A stretch of 62,591 nucleotides of DNA, counting the filler. It is 13 parts of 13 records of this genome, joined end to end, with 100 filler letters (N's around TTAATTAATTAA, not from the genome) between each part and the next. Parts side by side here need not be neighbours in the genome. Positions count along the whole stretch, not along the records: positions 35,623 to 42,991 come from SRR9670534_1685; positions 43,092 to 57,346 come from SRR9670534_1686; 11 more parts are not named here. One strand, given 5' to 3'. Of the stretch, positions 36,298 through 50,525 are shown piece after piece. Each line of letters starts with the position of its first letter. Within the stretch, counting starts at the first letter, position 1. The notes below the pieces were generated by a model. It had not been told where the DNA came from. It made no database searches and saw only the letters and a program-made list of their open reading frames with translations. Position numbers and translations under genes: made by a program.

Positions 36298-39200
36298 ATG
36301 TCAAGAATTAACCAATCATACAACAGAAACAATCAGTATTCCAGCAACCACAATGGATCAAGAAATGAGGATTTGGCAACAACTGTTAAAGAATTGAAGA
36401 AAGAATTGCAAGAGTGCAGCGATTTTTTCTCTCAATGAATTCAGAATAATTTCAAGGCTATAGCACAGAATACCGAACAACTATATATAGATGTGAGAAG
36501 ATCACAGCAAGTGCAGTCTGGCATAATTAAGATACTCTGCGAGATGCAGAAAATCCTCCACAAAGGAGAGTTGGTTCTGAAGGGTATGATAGAAGAAATC
36601 AGAGAGTCAAAGGAGAATTTGATGGCTATTACAGCTGAAAAACTTCAATGTGTAACAGAACTAACAGATTGGCGTAAACAAATCTACAATGTCAAGAGAT
36701 ATGGGCAAAACTTTCTAGGCCATAAAACCTTTAGGCCTATACACATAAAGCTCAAGGATTTAACCCTCTCTGCATTGATTATGGCTGAAGCATTTGCAAA
36801 AAGATCTCCAGAGGTCAGAATCTAACATTTCATTCTAACGATAAGGAAGATGATGATCCAATATAGCATTAGAAATGGATTAGTATCTAAGGGTACTAAT
36901 ATGGCCAACTTACCAATAATCAATGGAATCTTGCATTATGGTAATAAAGGCTTGGTCAGTGCGGATGCAGTGTTTGTTTTAGCTATTACGAACTATAAAA
37001 AGTAACATTTTCCAGCTAGCAATTTTGTGGGTAATCCAGCAGCAGATGTCGATACTGTAATTTTGGCAACTACAGGGCAAATGGCAGACACTTTGCAGCA
37101 AAACATAATGATGAACAATAATGCAATGGTACCACTAGCATTGGATGTAATTTTGTTATTAAGTAGGCTGACATATGACTCACCTTCAAGAGAGGTTGCT
37201 GATGATGATAACCAACGAAAACCAAGACCAAGATTCAGGGATACATCAAGAAGAAGAACTAGTAGAGGTTATGCAAGCAGGAGCAAATTAAGAGATAGAC
37301 ATTGCAGAACAAGGAGCAAATTGAGAGGAAGGAGCAAGAATAGAAGGAGAAGTCATAGCAGGCTCAATATACGTGAACTCAGCTATAAACGAAGTTCAAA
37401 AGAGAGATCTTTCAAGAGAAACAAAAGGTGCAGATCTAGGTCTGGCTCTGAAAGTGTTGAAGGGCACAACAAAAGAAAGAGAAGAAGCAGCAAGAATAAT
37501 GACAAAAATACCTTGGCAGGGCTAGATAATGAATCTGTGAGAATTCTTTCGTATTTAGCAAAAGACCTGTCGAAAAAGAAGGTTAAAGAATGAGAAAGGT
37601 TAAAATCTCCTCCATAGACCCCTATAATTACAAGACCCCCTACAGTTAATAGTGTGGTCAAGCTGGTTAACAAAGAACCGCTGAAAGAGATATCGAATCT
37701 AAGCAAAGTGATGAGCAAAACTAGCTCCAATGTTACTGATGTCATCAACCTGATATCAGTGGATGATGTGGTTAATCAAAGCAACTCCAATGGCCCTATA
37801 ATGAAATTAACCCCCAAAGATAAGCCCCAGTCTGTCGATGAAGTAGTTAATGGTACCTATAACAAGTCAAGTTCTGGAAATGGTTCTGGTTCCGATTGAC
37901 TATATGGCAGACACAAAAACAAGCAAAAAATCACCTGCAATATTTCTGTAAATAAAAATAGCCTTACATGTAACCTGAAAGCCCTAGTAATTAATGCAAA
38001 ATCTCTCATCTTCTGGAAAAGAAAGCAAGCTTTTGAAGTTAAACTGTTAAATCCTCAGACTTTATAGCAGTATGTAAAACATGGCACTGTGAAGCAACAT
38101 TTGCAAGTATAACATTCTATGGATACGATTCTTATGCAAATGGGCATCCTGAAGAAGATGACAATGGTTCTCTAAATTGTGGTAGTGTAGTACTTCTGGT
38201 ATCCAGCAAATGGTGCAGCAAACAAGTATCCTTACCTGATGGGATATCAAAGAATGCAAGAGAAAATATACTGTTAGTAGAAGCCATAATTGCAGGTACC
38301 ATGATTTTAATTATTGTTATGTATAATGCACCTTATGGCAGCTGATATTGATTTGGCTAGATTGACCTTGCTAAAATATTAAAGCACTGTGTCAATTCTG
38401 GCTATGATCAATTTTTGCTATATGGTGACATCAATAGAAATGACTCAAAATCGCATGCAATGGAGAAATATATTCTAGAATCATGTTTATATTTCTGTTC
38501 CCTAAATTCACTATTAGATGAATTAGAGGAAACAAAAATGTTCATTGCTCATTCAAAAAATATCACCCACAATAAGGCTTTATTAGATAATATCGCAAAT
38601 TTAGCCTACTCTGATGATGATAATAATCCAATGTTAGATCATGGAATTTTTTGTTACAATTTTAAATTAAAATCTGAGGAACCATCTGTCAAAATATCTA
38701 ACACAGAATCAGTTCACCCATTGTTACAGCCTGAAGTGGCTAATAATATTAGCAATAATGAAAAATTGTACAAACTATTTAAAACTATAGGTTCTTATAA
38801 CGTCAATAGATATAGTGATGAAGACATCCTAATGGCTTTCAAACATATTGATTTTAAAGATTGTTGCATGGGTAACATGGAGATTGACACTCTGAATTTT
38901 TACTTAAATATAGCCACAGGATTACATAATCTTGGAGATGGCCAAACTGCATGGAAAAGGAAGATGTCACTGTCTATAAGCCCTGAGAGTAGTAACTTAT
39001 TGCAAAAGTTACACTTTAAACTAAGACACAGTAAACCTATACCTGATGAACTATATCATAAAATTATTGAAAGCTTAAAATTGGATCAGTAAGTTGTAAA
39101 CAATCACATAAAAGGTAATGGAAGAAGATTAACAGAAGTTTATGAGCACTTAAGGAAAAAAAAACCCAAGAAACTACCTGTGTTGATAACAGATGATAAT

Positions 39201-41056
39201 AATAATGCCTATATAACAGCCTTTAAAAAAGCGTCAGCATTCACGAAACATTTTCTAAATGTTTATCAAAATTGCCCTATAAGTAAAGATTTATAGATAA
39301 AACTATCAATGATTGTGAAGGTAATGATGAAGTTATCTATCCTTCTCAGGCAGAAATACTCAGATACATTCAGCAGATAGATGTCAGTAGCACTGTCAGC
39401 ATTGATAGAGTTAGTGGCAAACTAAACAAAATATTGCGATATAAATTAGCACTGGTAATACAATCTTTCTATATTAATATATGCAAGTCAGGTGTCTTTC
39501 CAAAAATTTGGAAACTAGAGGTGATACATCCGATCCCTAAGGGGGGTATTGCCTAGGACATTAATAACTATCATCCTATTACTCTCCTTCCTGTCATTAG
39601 CAAGCTTGTGGAGAAAATATTCCTGCACAGGTTAGAATTGTTAGCATCTGTAGATACAATAATATACCAATATGGTTTTAGAGAATTTTTGTTAACTAGG
39701 ATTGCCCTATTTAACTTCCAGCACACATTGGTGGCAAAACTGGAAGAGCAAAGAACAGTTGTAGTCTGCATATATCTAGACTACAAGAAAGCTTTTGATA
39801 TAGTAAAGCATCAATCCATCTTGAAAAGGGTACAACAATTGGGGCTTAAAAAGCATATGATATCAGCTTTGGCATCTTATCTTTCAAAAAGAATAAGTGA
39901 GGTGATGGTAGATGGAAAGTATGATGAATTTGGGAAATGCAACAGTGGGGTGGGCCAAGGTCTACCCCTGAGTCCGAAATTGTTCAATTTAACAACATAT
40001 CCCATTTTAATAATAGTGTCCAAAGAAATAATATATCTATATGCTGATGACAGCAAACTAATCTATAGTTTTTCCAAAGAAATGAGAATTGATGAAATTG
40101 GTAGGCTAATAATCATTAAGCTAGATTTAATAGCTGACAAGGCCAAAGAAGTAGGCCTGGTATTAAACCTGCATAAGTGTGCAAAAGTCACATATCGAGG
40201 GGACAAAAATATGCCCATTTATATTAAAGGGGAATTGGTAGAGGAAAAACCTCTACAAAGAGATCTGGGAATCCACTATTCTCCTACTTTACACTTCAGT
40301 GAATAAATCAATATGTCAATAAAAAAAGCTAATGCATCATACTTTGGTGTGATGCATTTGATAATGGATGAAATTGATTCATTGGAAAATGCAAACATAT
40401 ATAAACAATATGCACAATCACTAATAACATTCGGAAGTGAAATTATGCCAATCACTAAAACTGACATGCAAAAATTGGTCAGTTTCAAAAAAGAAATTGT
40501 TATGCATATTTTGAGTCATTTTGTTGAATATATCAATTGTTGTCTTCACTTCAATATGTTACCAATACCATTGGAAATATTGAAGTGAAGAATATTATTG
40601 TTACATGATATTGTAAACAACAACATTAACAGTTTAATTAAACATCTGAACAGTATAATTGTAGATGGGAACTGTCTGAAGATTACTGAAGATTTCTGCT
40701 CAACATCAAGAGCCAGGTCAAGCACCCTACAGGATACCATTAGGACAGTGAACAATTTGCCCAACTCAATAGGATTTGAAATGAGCCTGTTGTTCTGATA
40801 CCCATTAGATGAGTACATGGAGACTTATGTCAAGGAATATTTTAAGCTGTTAGATACCTGTACTTGGAAATTGTGCTGTAATTGCCCACAATATTTAATG
40901 AAAAGACTCAAGCCTCTAGAAATACTGCTTATGAAAAAGTCTCAAAGCCTGAAGAACTCAGCTGAACTTGTAAATCAAGAAGAAATGGAAGAAGAGATTT
41001 TCCAAAGATCTGAATCACTGTTGCAGTTATCTCAAGATTTATTGTTATTGTTATAA
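36298..41056 (+). mobile_element. Decayed near-full-length LINE: ORF1-like coiled-coil and Arg/Ser-rich basic region, then disrupted APE-RT ORF2
   Basis: APE remnants (YGDIN, LLDNIA, LDHG) and RT remnants (IYLDYKKAFDIVKH, SGVGQGLPLSPKLF, YLYADDSKL, RDLGI) are split by stops and frameshifts. Boundaries are approximate. Confidence 0.85.
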
Positions 41057-43556
41057 ATATGTACCTTCAAAAGCCTGCTCACTTATTTATCTATAACACA
41101 TACTTTTTTTGTGATTTGTCATGCATATTTTATTATAATCAACTCCTAGTGCAAGTAAAACTTATTGTTTTTTCTCACAGGAAATTTATGTTTCTCTACA
41201 CATTAGTATTAGCATATAGCGATACTATAAGTTTACCAATGTATTATTGCATGTTTCAATTATAATATTTTTCAATTATAATAGCAAAATTTATGGTGAA
41301 TTGTTCACATCAATTATTATTATAAACAGCGCAATTTTTTTCTTTACATATGGTGCATAATAATAATCATTTATATTTTATAAAATATTCGACAATGTTG
41401 TGCAATTTTCATTCCAATACAAGTTTTAATTGCTTTTTTTCAATTAATTGTCATTGCATTCCTTAATGTTTATGTCATTCTTTACCTACACATACCTAGT
41501 TAAAAACTCTCAATCATTCATAATTTCAAAACTTTCATAAGGTAGTAATATCTACTCATAACAATGTCTTTTTAATTCAATCATCATATGGCAATGTATT
41601 CTAAGGAATCTCTTATATTAAATTGATAATGTGTTGCATAATTGAATAGCAGAGAAAACATAGACATCTTTTTGTAAATATCAATTTATTTCAAATATTT
41701 AGTAATCTGAGGAAGAATTAACTGGATTACATTAAATAGTATTACTCTAATGTATTACAGTTTTTGATAAACCTGTGATCTGGAAAAATTATCAATCAGA
41801 CACAGGATTATCAATACACAAACTACAACAAAACTAAAGCAAGTTTGTAAAGAATTTACAAAAATTTTATTAATATCATGAATCAATATTCTTACAGTTA
41901 TGATACAAAATCTTGCTATTATTTCCAATTAATATTCTTGCAGTTATGATAGCAAAGGAAATCTTACTTGGTAGGACAGATTTGTCAAAGATCAGGACTG
42001 ATTGAATTCTCAAGGAATTAATAAGAGTACTACAAATACCCTTGAGCATCCACTTCTGTGGCTCTGCTTTACTATATGATCTGAATCCTTTTCAAAAATA
42101 AAATAAAATAACCCCATTGGGCAACAAACCATTAAATACTATCTAATATATTAATATATATAGTCTATATTTAAGCTTATTAAAACTATGGCCATAGCTT
42201 AGATACTGTAGCATTTAAATATAATTATAGTTAACTAATAAGCTACTTTTAATTTAATAAAAGCAACTTTATAATAACTTATTATAGTTAGCTATAGTTA
42301 TAGCTAATATATAAATATAGCTATTTTTTAAGATCTAGTAAAATTTAGTTTCTTACTATGTAAAAGATATATTATAAATAATAAATAAACCTACATAAAA
42401 TCATAACCTACATATGATCATGATAAAAATATTTTAAAACTTTAATGAAAATATTTTATTAATTAAATTATAAAAATCTTTAATTTAATAAAAATTATTA
42501 TTAATAAAAAAATTTTTAAAAGCTGAATTTTAAAAGTTATAAAAATTATTATTAATAAAAATGTTATTTTTTAATTTTGTAACTAAAGCTGATAGTTTTG
42601 ATATTATGAAAGATTTGCTATAAAATATATGTCTATTGTTAATAATAATTCATTAACTATTATATACTATAGTATAATAGGTAATAAATAAATATTATAT
42701 AGTATACTATATATTATGTATTTAAAACAAATAATATTTTAAAATTTTTAATATACTTTTATTATAGTAAAAGCTACTATTTTTTTGCATTCTAGAACTA
42801 AAGCTAGCAGTTTGAATATTTTTATAAAAAAAAGTTATGAAAGTAAGAGTTAAACTTTTATTAATTAGTAAAAGTTGTATTCAATAAGTTCTAAAAAATA
42901 TATAAGCTGGTAAAATTGTTAATTGTTAATTTAATAATAAACTAAAATGAAATTATAATATGTTTCTGTAGTTATTAAACTATTATTATTANNNNNNNNN
43001 NNNNNNNNNNNNNNNNNNNNNNNNNNNNNNNNNNNTTAATTAATTAANNNNNNNNNNNNNNNNNNNNNNNNNNNNNNNNNNNNNNNNNNNNGCCTGCATA
43101 TAGTCCCCCTATTTTGCAATATCCCATGTTTACCCAACCTTAACCTAGGTATTCTGAATACCATATTCAGAAGCAGAGTACTGGCAATAATTCCAATTGA
43201 TTTAACAAATTGGTAACAACTTGTTACTAAGAAGACCTTACCATTTCATGAAATAGCCAATTCTTCTATCCATATCATGAAATGGCTCATTTCACAAAAT
43301 ATATATGTACCTATTATAGCCTATAATTTATAGGTAACCTATATAGAATAAGTATGTATGTACATACTAGGTAAATTGTTGCTGTGTCACTTGATATTTT
43401 GGCTGTAATACCTACAATTGCATACCTACCTACCTAGGTAGACATGCTTATTATCATTGTTTTTATTGTAGTAACTTTCATAGTGGGAAGATATTGGTAG
43501 ACTAAGTATATCACATTTTTTTTATCGTCATTACCATCAAGTACATTCTAGAAGTC

Positions 43557-46500
43557 ATGGCAGATTACAGAGATGATCAAGACTATATAGACGCTGAAGA
43601 AGCTTATGCAGAATATTACGGAATTGATGAAAATGAAAAGTCGCGTAGAGGTTACAGGCGTGAACGATCTAGATCACGCTCTATTGAACGACGGAGGGGT
43701 ATGGAAGCTGTATGCGCCGATGTACAGTATAGTGAATTATTAAAATACACTGTACATACTACATTTGTGTTTAAATCGTATACATACATACCTACCTGTA
43801 TGTACTGAGGTAGCTGTTATATCTGCTAATGATGCGTACCATCAAATGTATCCACTATTATATTTTGTGAAACATCAAATGACACATCAATAGGGAGGAA
43901 TTTGAACATGTACATATGTACCTACATATGTAGGTAATAGGTATCTACATAATAAGGTAGGTTGTTGTGTAGGTATTGAACATTTTTTGTTTGGATACGT
44001 ACATAGGCCACCTACATTACCTACCTACTTTCACCGCAACATGAAACTGTACAGTGCTTACCACAACAAAATCATCAAATGTTGTATGTTTCATAAGTTC
44101 CGGCTTCAAATGACTGCCGATATCGACGGCAGTTTTTTTGTATACGTTTTTGATTACGGTACGAAACGAGAAAACTGCCGCTGCTGATATCGGCAGTGAT
44201 GTGGATGCACCTTTATGACGTACCTCTGCTATAGTACATACAAGGTTCGTACTACGATTTGTAGTCTACGAACCAAGAAGAATATGTAGTACATACCGTA
44301 GTTCCGGCTTTTCTGAACAATGTTGAAAGGACTTTACTGTACGTTTGGTCAAGTGCTTCAAAGACACAAGTAGGCCTTTGACATAGTGTGAGGCTTTTGC
44401 GACATATAGGTATAGGTAAATATGTAGCTAATACTAGTATGGTGAATGCTTTCTGCTTATTAACTTTGTGCATAGCTGATGTTTATTAATAATCAGTTGT
44501 TGATGCATTGTTACTGAATGGCATTTTAAATGCTGATGTGATTGATGTACCTACATACCTATCTAATGTGATATATTTTATGTTAAATTGGTACTCATGA
44601 ATGGTAAATTACAGTAAACTCCTGTTATAACGAATCCCCCGATATAACGAATTTATTTAGTGTGCTCTTTGTAGGAAAACGCACATAAATTTTTCCCGAT
44701 ATGTATAACGAATCTCCCATTTTAATAACGTAGGTATGTGTTTTTCAATTTGTTGTTGGTAACGGGAGTTTACTGTAGTGGTAGAGATTTGTACTTTACA
44801 GTAAAATCAACGAATCGTGGAGAACGGTAGTGGACGGTACCTTATACGTAAGAACGGTAGTTTAATTAAATTTGTTACGTTGTAATTTACAGATTACAGA
44901 TCAGATCATAGATCACATGGTAGCAGCCACAGTAAGCATAAAGTTGAGGAAAGTCACAGCTTTCCGCGAAGGTATGCAGAGCGGTCACCTTTCAGCACTA
45001 CCGCTAAAAGCCGTTATGATCCATTGGTAAGTGTTACCTGATTTATTGTCTGTTCCACTACTTGTCACAGTACATACAGTAGTAGTAGTACCTGTTTGTA
45101 TTGCATGACCTCTGTTTTATCCAAAAACTTTGAGTTGTTAATACTAGTAAGAATGAATATCTGTAATTTTAATTTTCTGTATGTTCGACAGAAACATGCA
45201 ATTGTAATGACATGCGGTACATTAGGTACCGTAGTACGGTAACCGTACCAAGTACCAACCCCTGTACCATACGGTAACCGTACCAAGTTTGTACTATGTA
45301 CATACTACCAACATGATGTTGGCATTATTAACCGTCCTAACAGTCTGGTAACTATCAGATAGACATAGACATCTATTTTTTTATATTCTGCTCTTTTTCA
45401 GTCTGATAAGCGTAAGACGTACAGCAGTAGTAGCACCACAAGTATAGAAAATGTTGGTGATTATAGGCAACAGATACAAGTACCATCTTCTACTATTATG
45501 CTGAAAGGTCTTCCACCTTATATTGATGAAAGACAGGTAAATAATTTGATATTCGTTTAAAATCATTTTAACAAAATGCATTGTTGATAACTTACTAGAT
45601 ATCTGAGGAACTTCATCGTGGTGGTGCTTCTTTTAAATCAGTCAAACTTGTTAGAAGACGCGATACTGGTGCGTGATTTGTTATATTGATATGTACCGCC
45701 TATCTACTGCTTGCGTAGTATGTACGTAGTAGTATAATTGTTATACTGATTTTTAATTTCCTTTTGTTTCTAGGAACATCGAAAGGTTTTGCGTTTGTTG
45801 AGTTTGATAGTATCCCTGATGCCCAAAGATGGATGGATTTAAACCAGGGTGAAATGTTCATTGGTGGTGATTACAGAATTAATATGACATACGGGTTTGC
45901 TCACAGTGTTAACAAGTTTCAAACAAAAAAGAGAGAATTTTCCAAACCTGCGGATGCAGGTGCAGATGAAATAGGGCATAATCCATGCAATAGTAATTCA
46001 TTTGTTATTACTTTGACAAGTTTAACATTTTTAACATATAAATTTAGCATTGTTAATGCGTGGTTTGGATGCGCTAACGGGAGAATCGAAGCTTATCAAG
46101 GCCTTGAGTGATGTATCTTTCATAAATGTTCAGAACGCTTACGTTGTGCGTGATCCAGTAACAGGAGCATCTCGTACATTTGCGTTTGTGGAGTTAAAAT
46201 CTGTTGCCGCCGCAACACAGCTTTTGCAAGACGTTCGTGCTTCAGAGCCAATTTTAGAAATTGATGGTAAACAAATTATGGTAGACTACGCCAAAAATAC
46301 GTTTCAAACGGTAATGATTCAAGTGAGAGAAGAACATGAACAAGCTTTAAAGGATGCTGGATATGATACAACAACGCTTGAGAAAACTTTGAAAGAACAA
46401 CAAGAAAGGGAAGAGAGTTACCAGTCTGACTCAGTGAATGCAGCAGCTGCTGTGGCTCAGAAGGCTATGGAAGAGCTCAAAAGATCCAAAGCACGAAAGC

Positions 46501-47774
46501 AGAAACATCGAAGACACAGTAGTGAATCTGGTAGTGACGAAGAATCCTTGAAGGACAGTGTCAATCTCAACAACAGCAGCAAATATGTAGCCCCAGAACC
46601 TGTCGTGGAAAAACATTTTTCAGAGAAAACTTGGGATGAAATGACAGACCAGGAAAAGCTAGCCTATCAGTTTCAACAGCAATATAATATCCCCCCAAGT
46701 ACTCAACCTACAGCTAATTTGACTGCAAGTGAACTTGCAAATTACCCGAAATATCCAGCACCAGATGTCTCTAAATATCAGTACGATGCAGGAACAGGGT
46801 ATTACTATGATCCCATGACTGGCTTGTATTATGATGCAGCAAGTCAGTATTATTACAATTCTCATACCGGCCAGTTCTTGTATTGGGATGGACAACATTC
46901 AACATATCTTCCAGCCCCTGGATCTGAGGACGCTTCAAAAAAAGAAAGTGAACAAAGCGCTGAGGAAAGTGCAGAAGCCGCTAAGGTTGCAAAAGAAATG
47001 GAAAAATGGGCTGAAACCTTAAATCAACAGCAAAAGATGAAAAAGGCAGAAACTACAGGCGGGTTTACTGCAACCTTAGCAAATGCTGCGTTCTCGATGT
47101 TGCAACAACAACAACAGCAACAGCAGCAGCAACTGCCAGTACCAAAACCCGTTACTTCCGTTCCAGAAATTTCATCACCTGAACCTGAGAGTTTTGCAGA
47201 TTTTAGCAAAATGGCATGTTTGTTGTGCAAACGTCAATTTAACACCAAGGATGTATTGCTTAGACATATGGATCAGTCTCAGCTACACAAAACTAACGTG
47301 GAAAATTACCATAGACAATTTCTCATGACAGAAGCTAATCAAGTTCCAGTACGTCTATACGATTTAATTTATGATCATTTTTATGCCAGTAAGTTTTAGT
47401 ACAGAGACAGAGCTCAAGAGCGGAGAGCTAAGTATGGTGTTGAAACAGGTGAAATCCAGACTCCAGGATTTGGCCATCTTTCATCCCCAGGTAGTAAGCA
47501 AGCAGTAGCACCGGTAGCGCCGGTAGCACCAGTAGCACCTCCTCCTGTTTCTGAAGCGGATAACGTTGGAGCTAAATTGCTCAAAGCGATGGGTTGGTCT
47601 GAAGGTAGTGGATTGGGAGCACAAGGTCAAGGTGTGACAACTCCCATTTCAGCTGACTTACGCCTACCTGGTGCGGGTCTTGGTTCGTCTGCGACAGTTA
47701 GCATGGCTGGTGAGCCATATAGAGACACGATGAAGAGGGCAATGGCACAGAGATATGCGGATTTAAACCAATAA
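43557..47774 (+). CDS. RBM5: RNA-binding protein RBM5/RBM10 family, about 7 exons
   Basis: RS-rich N-terminus, RRM1 (PSSTIMLKGLP...GTSKGFAFVEF), RRM2 (LLMRGLD...SRTFAFVEL), OCRE (YQYDAGTGYYYDPMTGLYYDAASQYYYNS), VAKEMEKWA, C2H2 finger (ACLLCKRQF...H...H), YRDRAQERR and G-patch (GAKLLKAMGWSEGSGLG). Confidence 0.93.
44095..44214. mobile_element. Degenerate hairpin MITE (possibly PIF/Harbinger-type) in RBM5 intron 1
   Basis: Nested inverted repeats ACTGCCGATATC / GATATCGGCAGT and CGGCAGTTTT / AAAACTGCCG. The right end reads GTGGATGCACC-TTA; the left end is degenerate. Confidence 0.5.
44612..44775. mobile_element. Tc1/mariner-pogo (Tigger-like) MITE in RBM5 intron 1
   Basis: TIRs CAGTAAACTCCTGTTA and TAACGGGAGTTTACTG, flanked by TA on both sides, with subterminal TATAACGAA repeats. 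Confidence 0.8.
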
Positions 47775-47936
47775 AAAACCAATAAATATTCTATTGAATG
47801 TTTCTTAATCGTTGTTTGCTGTATTTAGTACAGTGTATTAGGGATTTCTTAATTTTTCTCTTTTCTGACCATGTATTTGTACGGAATTCATTTCATTTGT
47901 CAAGTGACTTTTTTTCAGGTCTGGTTTTTAAGATAG
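47775..47936 (+). promoter_or_regulatory. 162-nt RBM5-twinfilin intergenic region: polyA signal, U-rich tract, TTTTTTTCAG acceptor
   Basis: AATAAA at 47770 and 47781, a T-rich stretch, and an acceptor AG at 47917-47918, 18 nt before the twinfilin ATG. Confidence 0.55.
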
Positions 47937-50525
47937 ATGTCGCACCAAACCGGGATTGTAGGTCAGAATTTCTGCATTATTTCAATTGTAGATTGATGAG
48001 TTGTATATTGTAACAGTGTCTTTTCAGGAAGTGAACAACTAGGTGAAATTCTTGTAACTGTGAAATCTGCGGATACAGACTATAGGATTGTAAAAGTTTT
48101 TATTGAAAATGGTAAATCCTATATTTTTAATGCATGTAAGAACTATAGTTGTCATCGAAGAAATGTTCCCTATAATGGAACATCTTCGATTAATTCCCTC
48201 CTCAAATTACCACCACTTGAAGTGGTTCATTTAACTAAACGCCTCGTTCCCTTGCTTAACCGCTTTTCGAACTGATATAATAAGCATTGTTTATAAAAGC
48301 TTTCTATATGTACTTTAATAGACTTAATAGAGTCTACTTCAAATCAGATTTTACAACCGCTGTAGTAAAGCATACCATATTATTCGAATACAACGTACTG
48401 AAATGATTTATGGCGCGAGTGAAACCTTTATTGCACTCGAAGAACTACGTTAATCAATTTTAATACGATGTTATGTTACTTTTGAATAGAGCAACTTGAA
48501 CCTTCCGATGTCATTAAGATAAATGGTGACTTTCAAGATGACTTTTACTTAATTCAGGAACTTGTTCAGCAAAGGATTCCGTGCTATATATTTTACCGTC
48601 TTGATTGTAGTAATCATTTGGGTTATCAATGGCTGTTCATATCCTGGTGTCCTGACAACGCTCCTGTTAAGGACAAGATGATGTATTCAGCAACAAAGGC
48701 GACTTTAAAAGAAATTTTTGGCGCTGGTTTAATTAAGCATGATATTTTTGCCACATTACAGGTATGAAGTTCATACTATGAATGTTCTAACTATTTGTGT
48801 ACTTATTAATGATAAATTTTATTTAAATGGTTTAGAATGAGTTGTCCCTTGAAAGCTACCTAGATTATATTGATGCGAAAAGATCACCAAAACCTATGAC
48901 TAGGCAAGAAGAAGAACTTGCAGAAGTTAAAGCTGCTGAGGCAAGTTTTAAGTCCACTTTTATTGGTTAAAATTGTTTCAGTGTTGAATTATTTCAGTAT
49001 TTATAATACATACACTGTTAATTATTGTAAATTATAACATGATACAGTAATAATGTTAAACATATTATATCTTTAAGAAGTAGTTATGACACTATCTTTG
49101 CAAACCTTGAAATGATGATTTAACTATATTATAGTACCATCTTTCGTCTGAAAGAACCATGTCAGACATACTATTTTCTGATCAATGTTATTGTAATTAT
49201 GCCTAGAACATTACTCGTAACGTTGTAATTATAATGCAGTACATTGTCGTCTGAAAAGAAGCATGTCAGACATACTGTTATAATACAGTACATTATTATA
49301 CCTAAACGCATTGATATTACGGTATTACCTATTAACTTAATAGTATTATTAAGTAAAATAACTATAGTAATTAATATATACTATGTATACTATATAATTC
49401 TAGAGTATTATAGAATAATATATAGTATATACATAAGTACACTAAATACTAGTAGTATAGCACTATACATCGAAGTGTGCCATAGCAGCTATAGCTATTA
49501 TAATGCAATCTGTGCAGGTTGTAGAAGCAATTAACGTTCATTAAAAGCGTAACTGTTTGTTTTAGCATAGGCAGCATATCAATGTTAACACCAGACATCA
49601 AACTTTACCAGGTGTGCCGTTCAAAATCGATTCTGATGCTTTAGACGCATTGAAAGCTTTTTCTAGTAGAGAGCTTTCATACGTTCAGTTGGTACGTAGT
49701 ACAATATCTTGATATAAGGCAAGTTTTTGACATGTGATCTAATTGTCATTTAGGGAATTGATTTGAAGGAGGAAATAATTGTTCTTCACAAGACTTTGCC
49801 TTCTTGCTCTGGTGATGATTTGCCCAATTTAGTGCCTTCGGAAAATGCCCGCTATCACTTGTTTAATTTCACACATCGTTTTGAAGAAGAAACGCAAAAT
49901 GGCATTGGTGATTATTATTCATAACTTCTATTGCTATTGATAATGACTTCTAAAATGATGTTAAAGTACAATTTAAAAATTGTAATATCCCCTAGAAAAC
50001 TTTATAGTATGGATTGTTTATTGAATCCAAATTTAAATTGCTAAAATGTTAATTTCACGACATTTAAATTTGTAAAATTAAAATTTTTTAATTCGTATTA
50101 AATTCGAAAGCTTTAGTTAAAAAAGAATTTGAAAAAATGAATTAACAATTTAACATTACAAAAAATTAAAAAAATATTAGTGAAAACTTTTAGTTTTTAT
50201 TTATTCCATGCCTGGGTACAGTTGCCCAATAAAAGAAAGGATGTTGTACAGCACTGGAAAGGAACCGTTAATACAATTTATGTACAATTCACTTCAAATT
50301 GATGTTGAAAGAAAAGTATGTACATAAGCACAGTACTCTATTATAATGGTTCCTTGTAATATAATTAACTTTCTACAGCTAGAGATTGACTCAGGACATG
50401 AACTTTCTGAGGAATTTCTTTATATGGAATTTCATCCTCCTAAGCAAGAAAATGTTAAAAAGTTTTCCAAACCTGCCGGTCCAGCACGTAGAGGTCCTAG
50501 GAGAGTTATAACTAAACCAGAGTAG
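47937..50525 (+). CDS. TWF: Twinfilin (two ADF-H domains), 8 exons; the ORF track catches only part of exon 2
   Basis: Spliced translation MSHQTGIV...YRIVKVFIENEQL...PCYIFYRLD..NHLGYQWLFISWCPDNAPVKDKMMYSATKATLK...KPMTRQEEEL...RHQTLPGVPF...YVQL...ARYHLF...VFIYSMPGYSCPIKERMLYS...RKLEID...KKFSKPAGPARRGPRR. One GC donor at 48941. Confidence 0.95.

Noticed and set aside
45215-45290. Repeated TACGGTAACCGTACCAAGT palindromic units in an RBM5 intron, CRISPR-like at a glance
   Set aside because: Only two copies, no regular spacers, eukaryotic intron, no cas genes; fits the GTAC-rich simple repeats seen elsewhere.
47024-47230. Poly-Cys ORF on the - strand
   Set aside because: Antisense of the CAG/CAA poly-Gln tract in RBM5.
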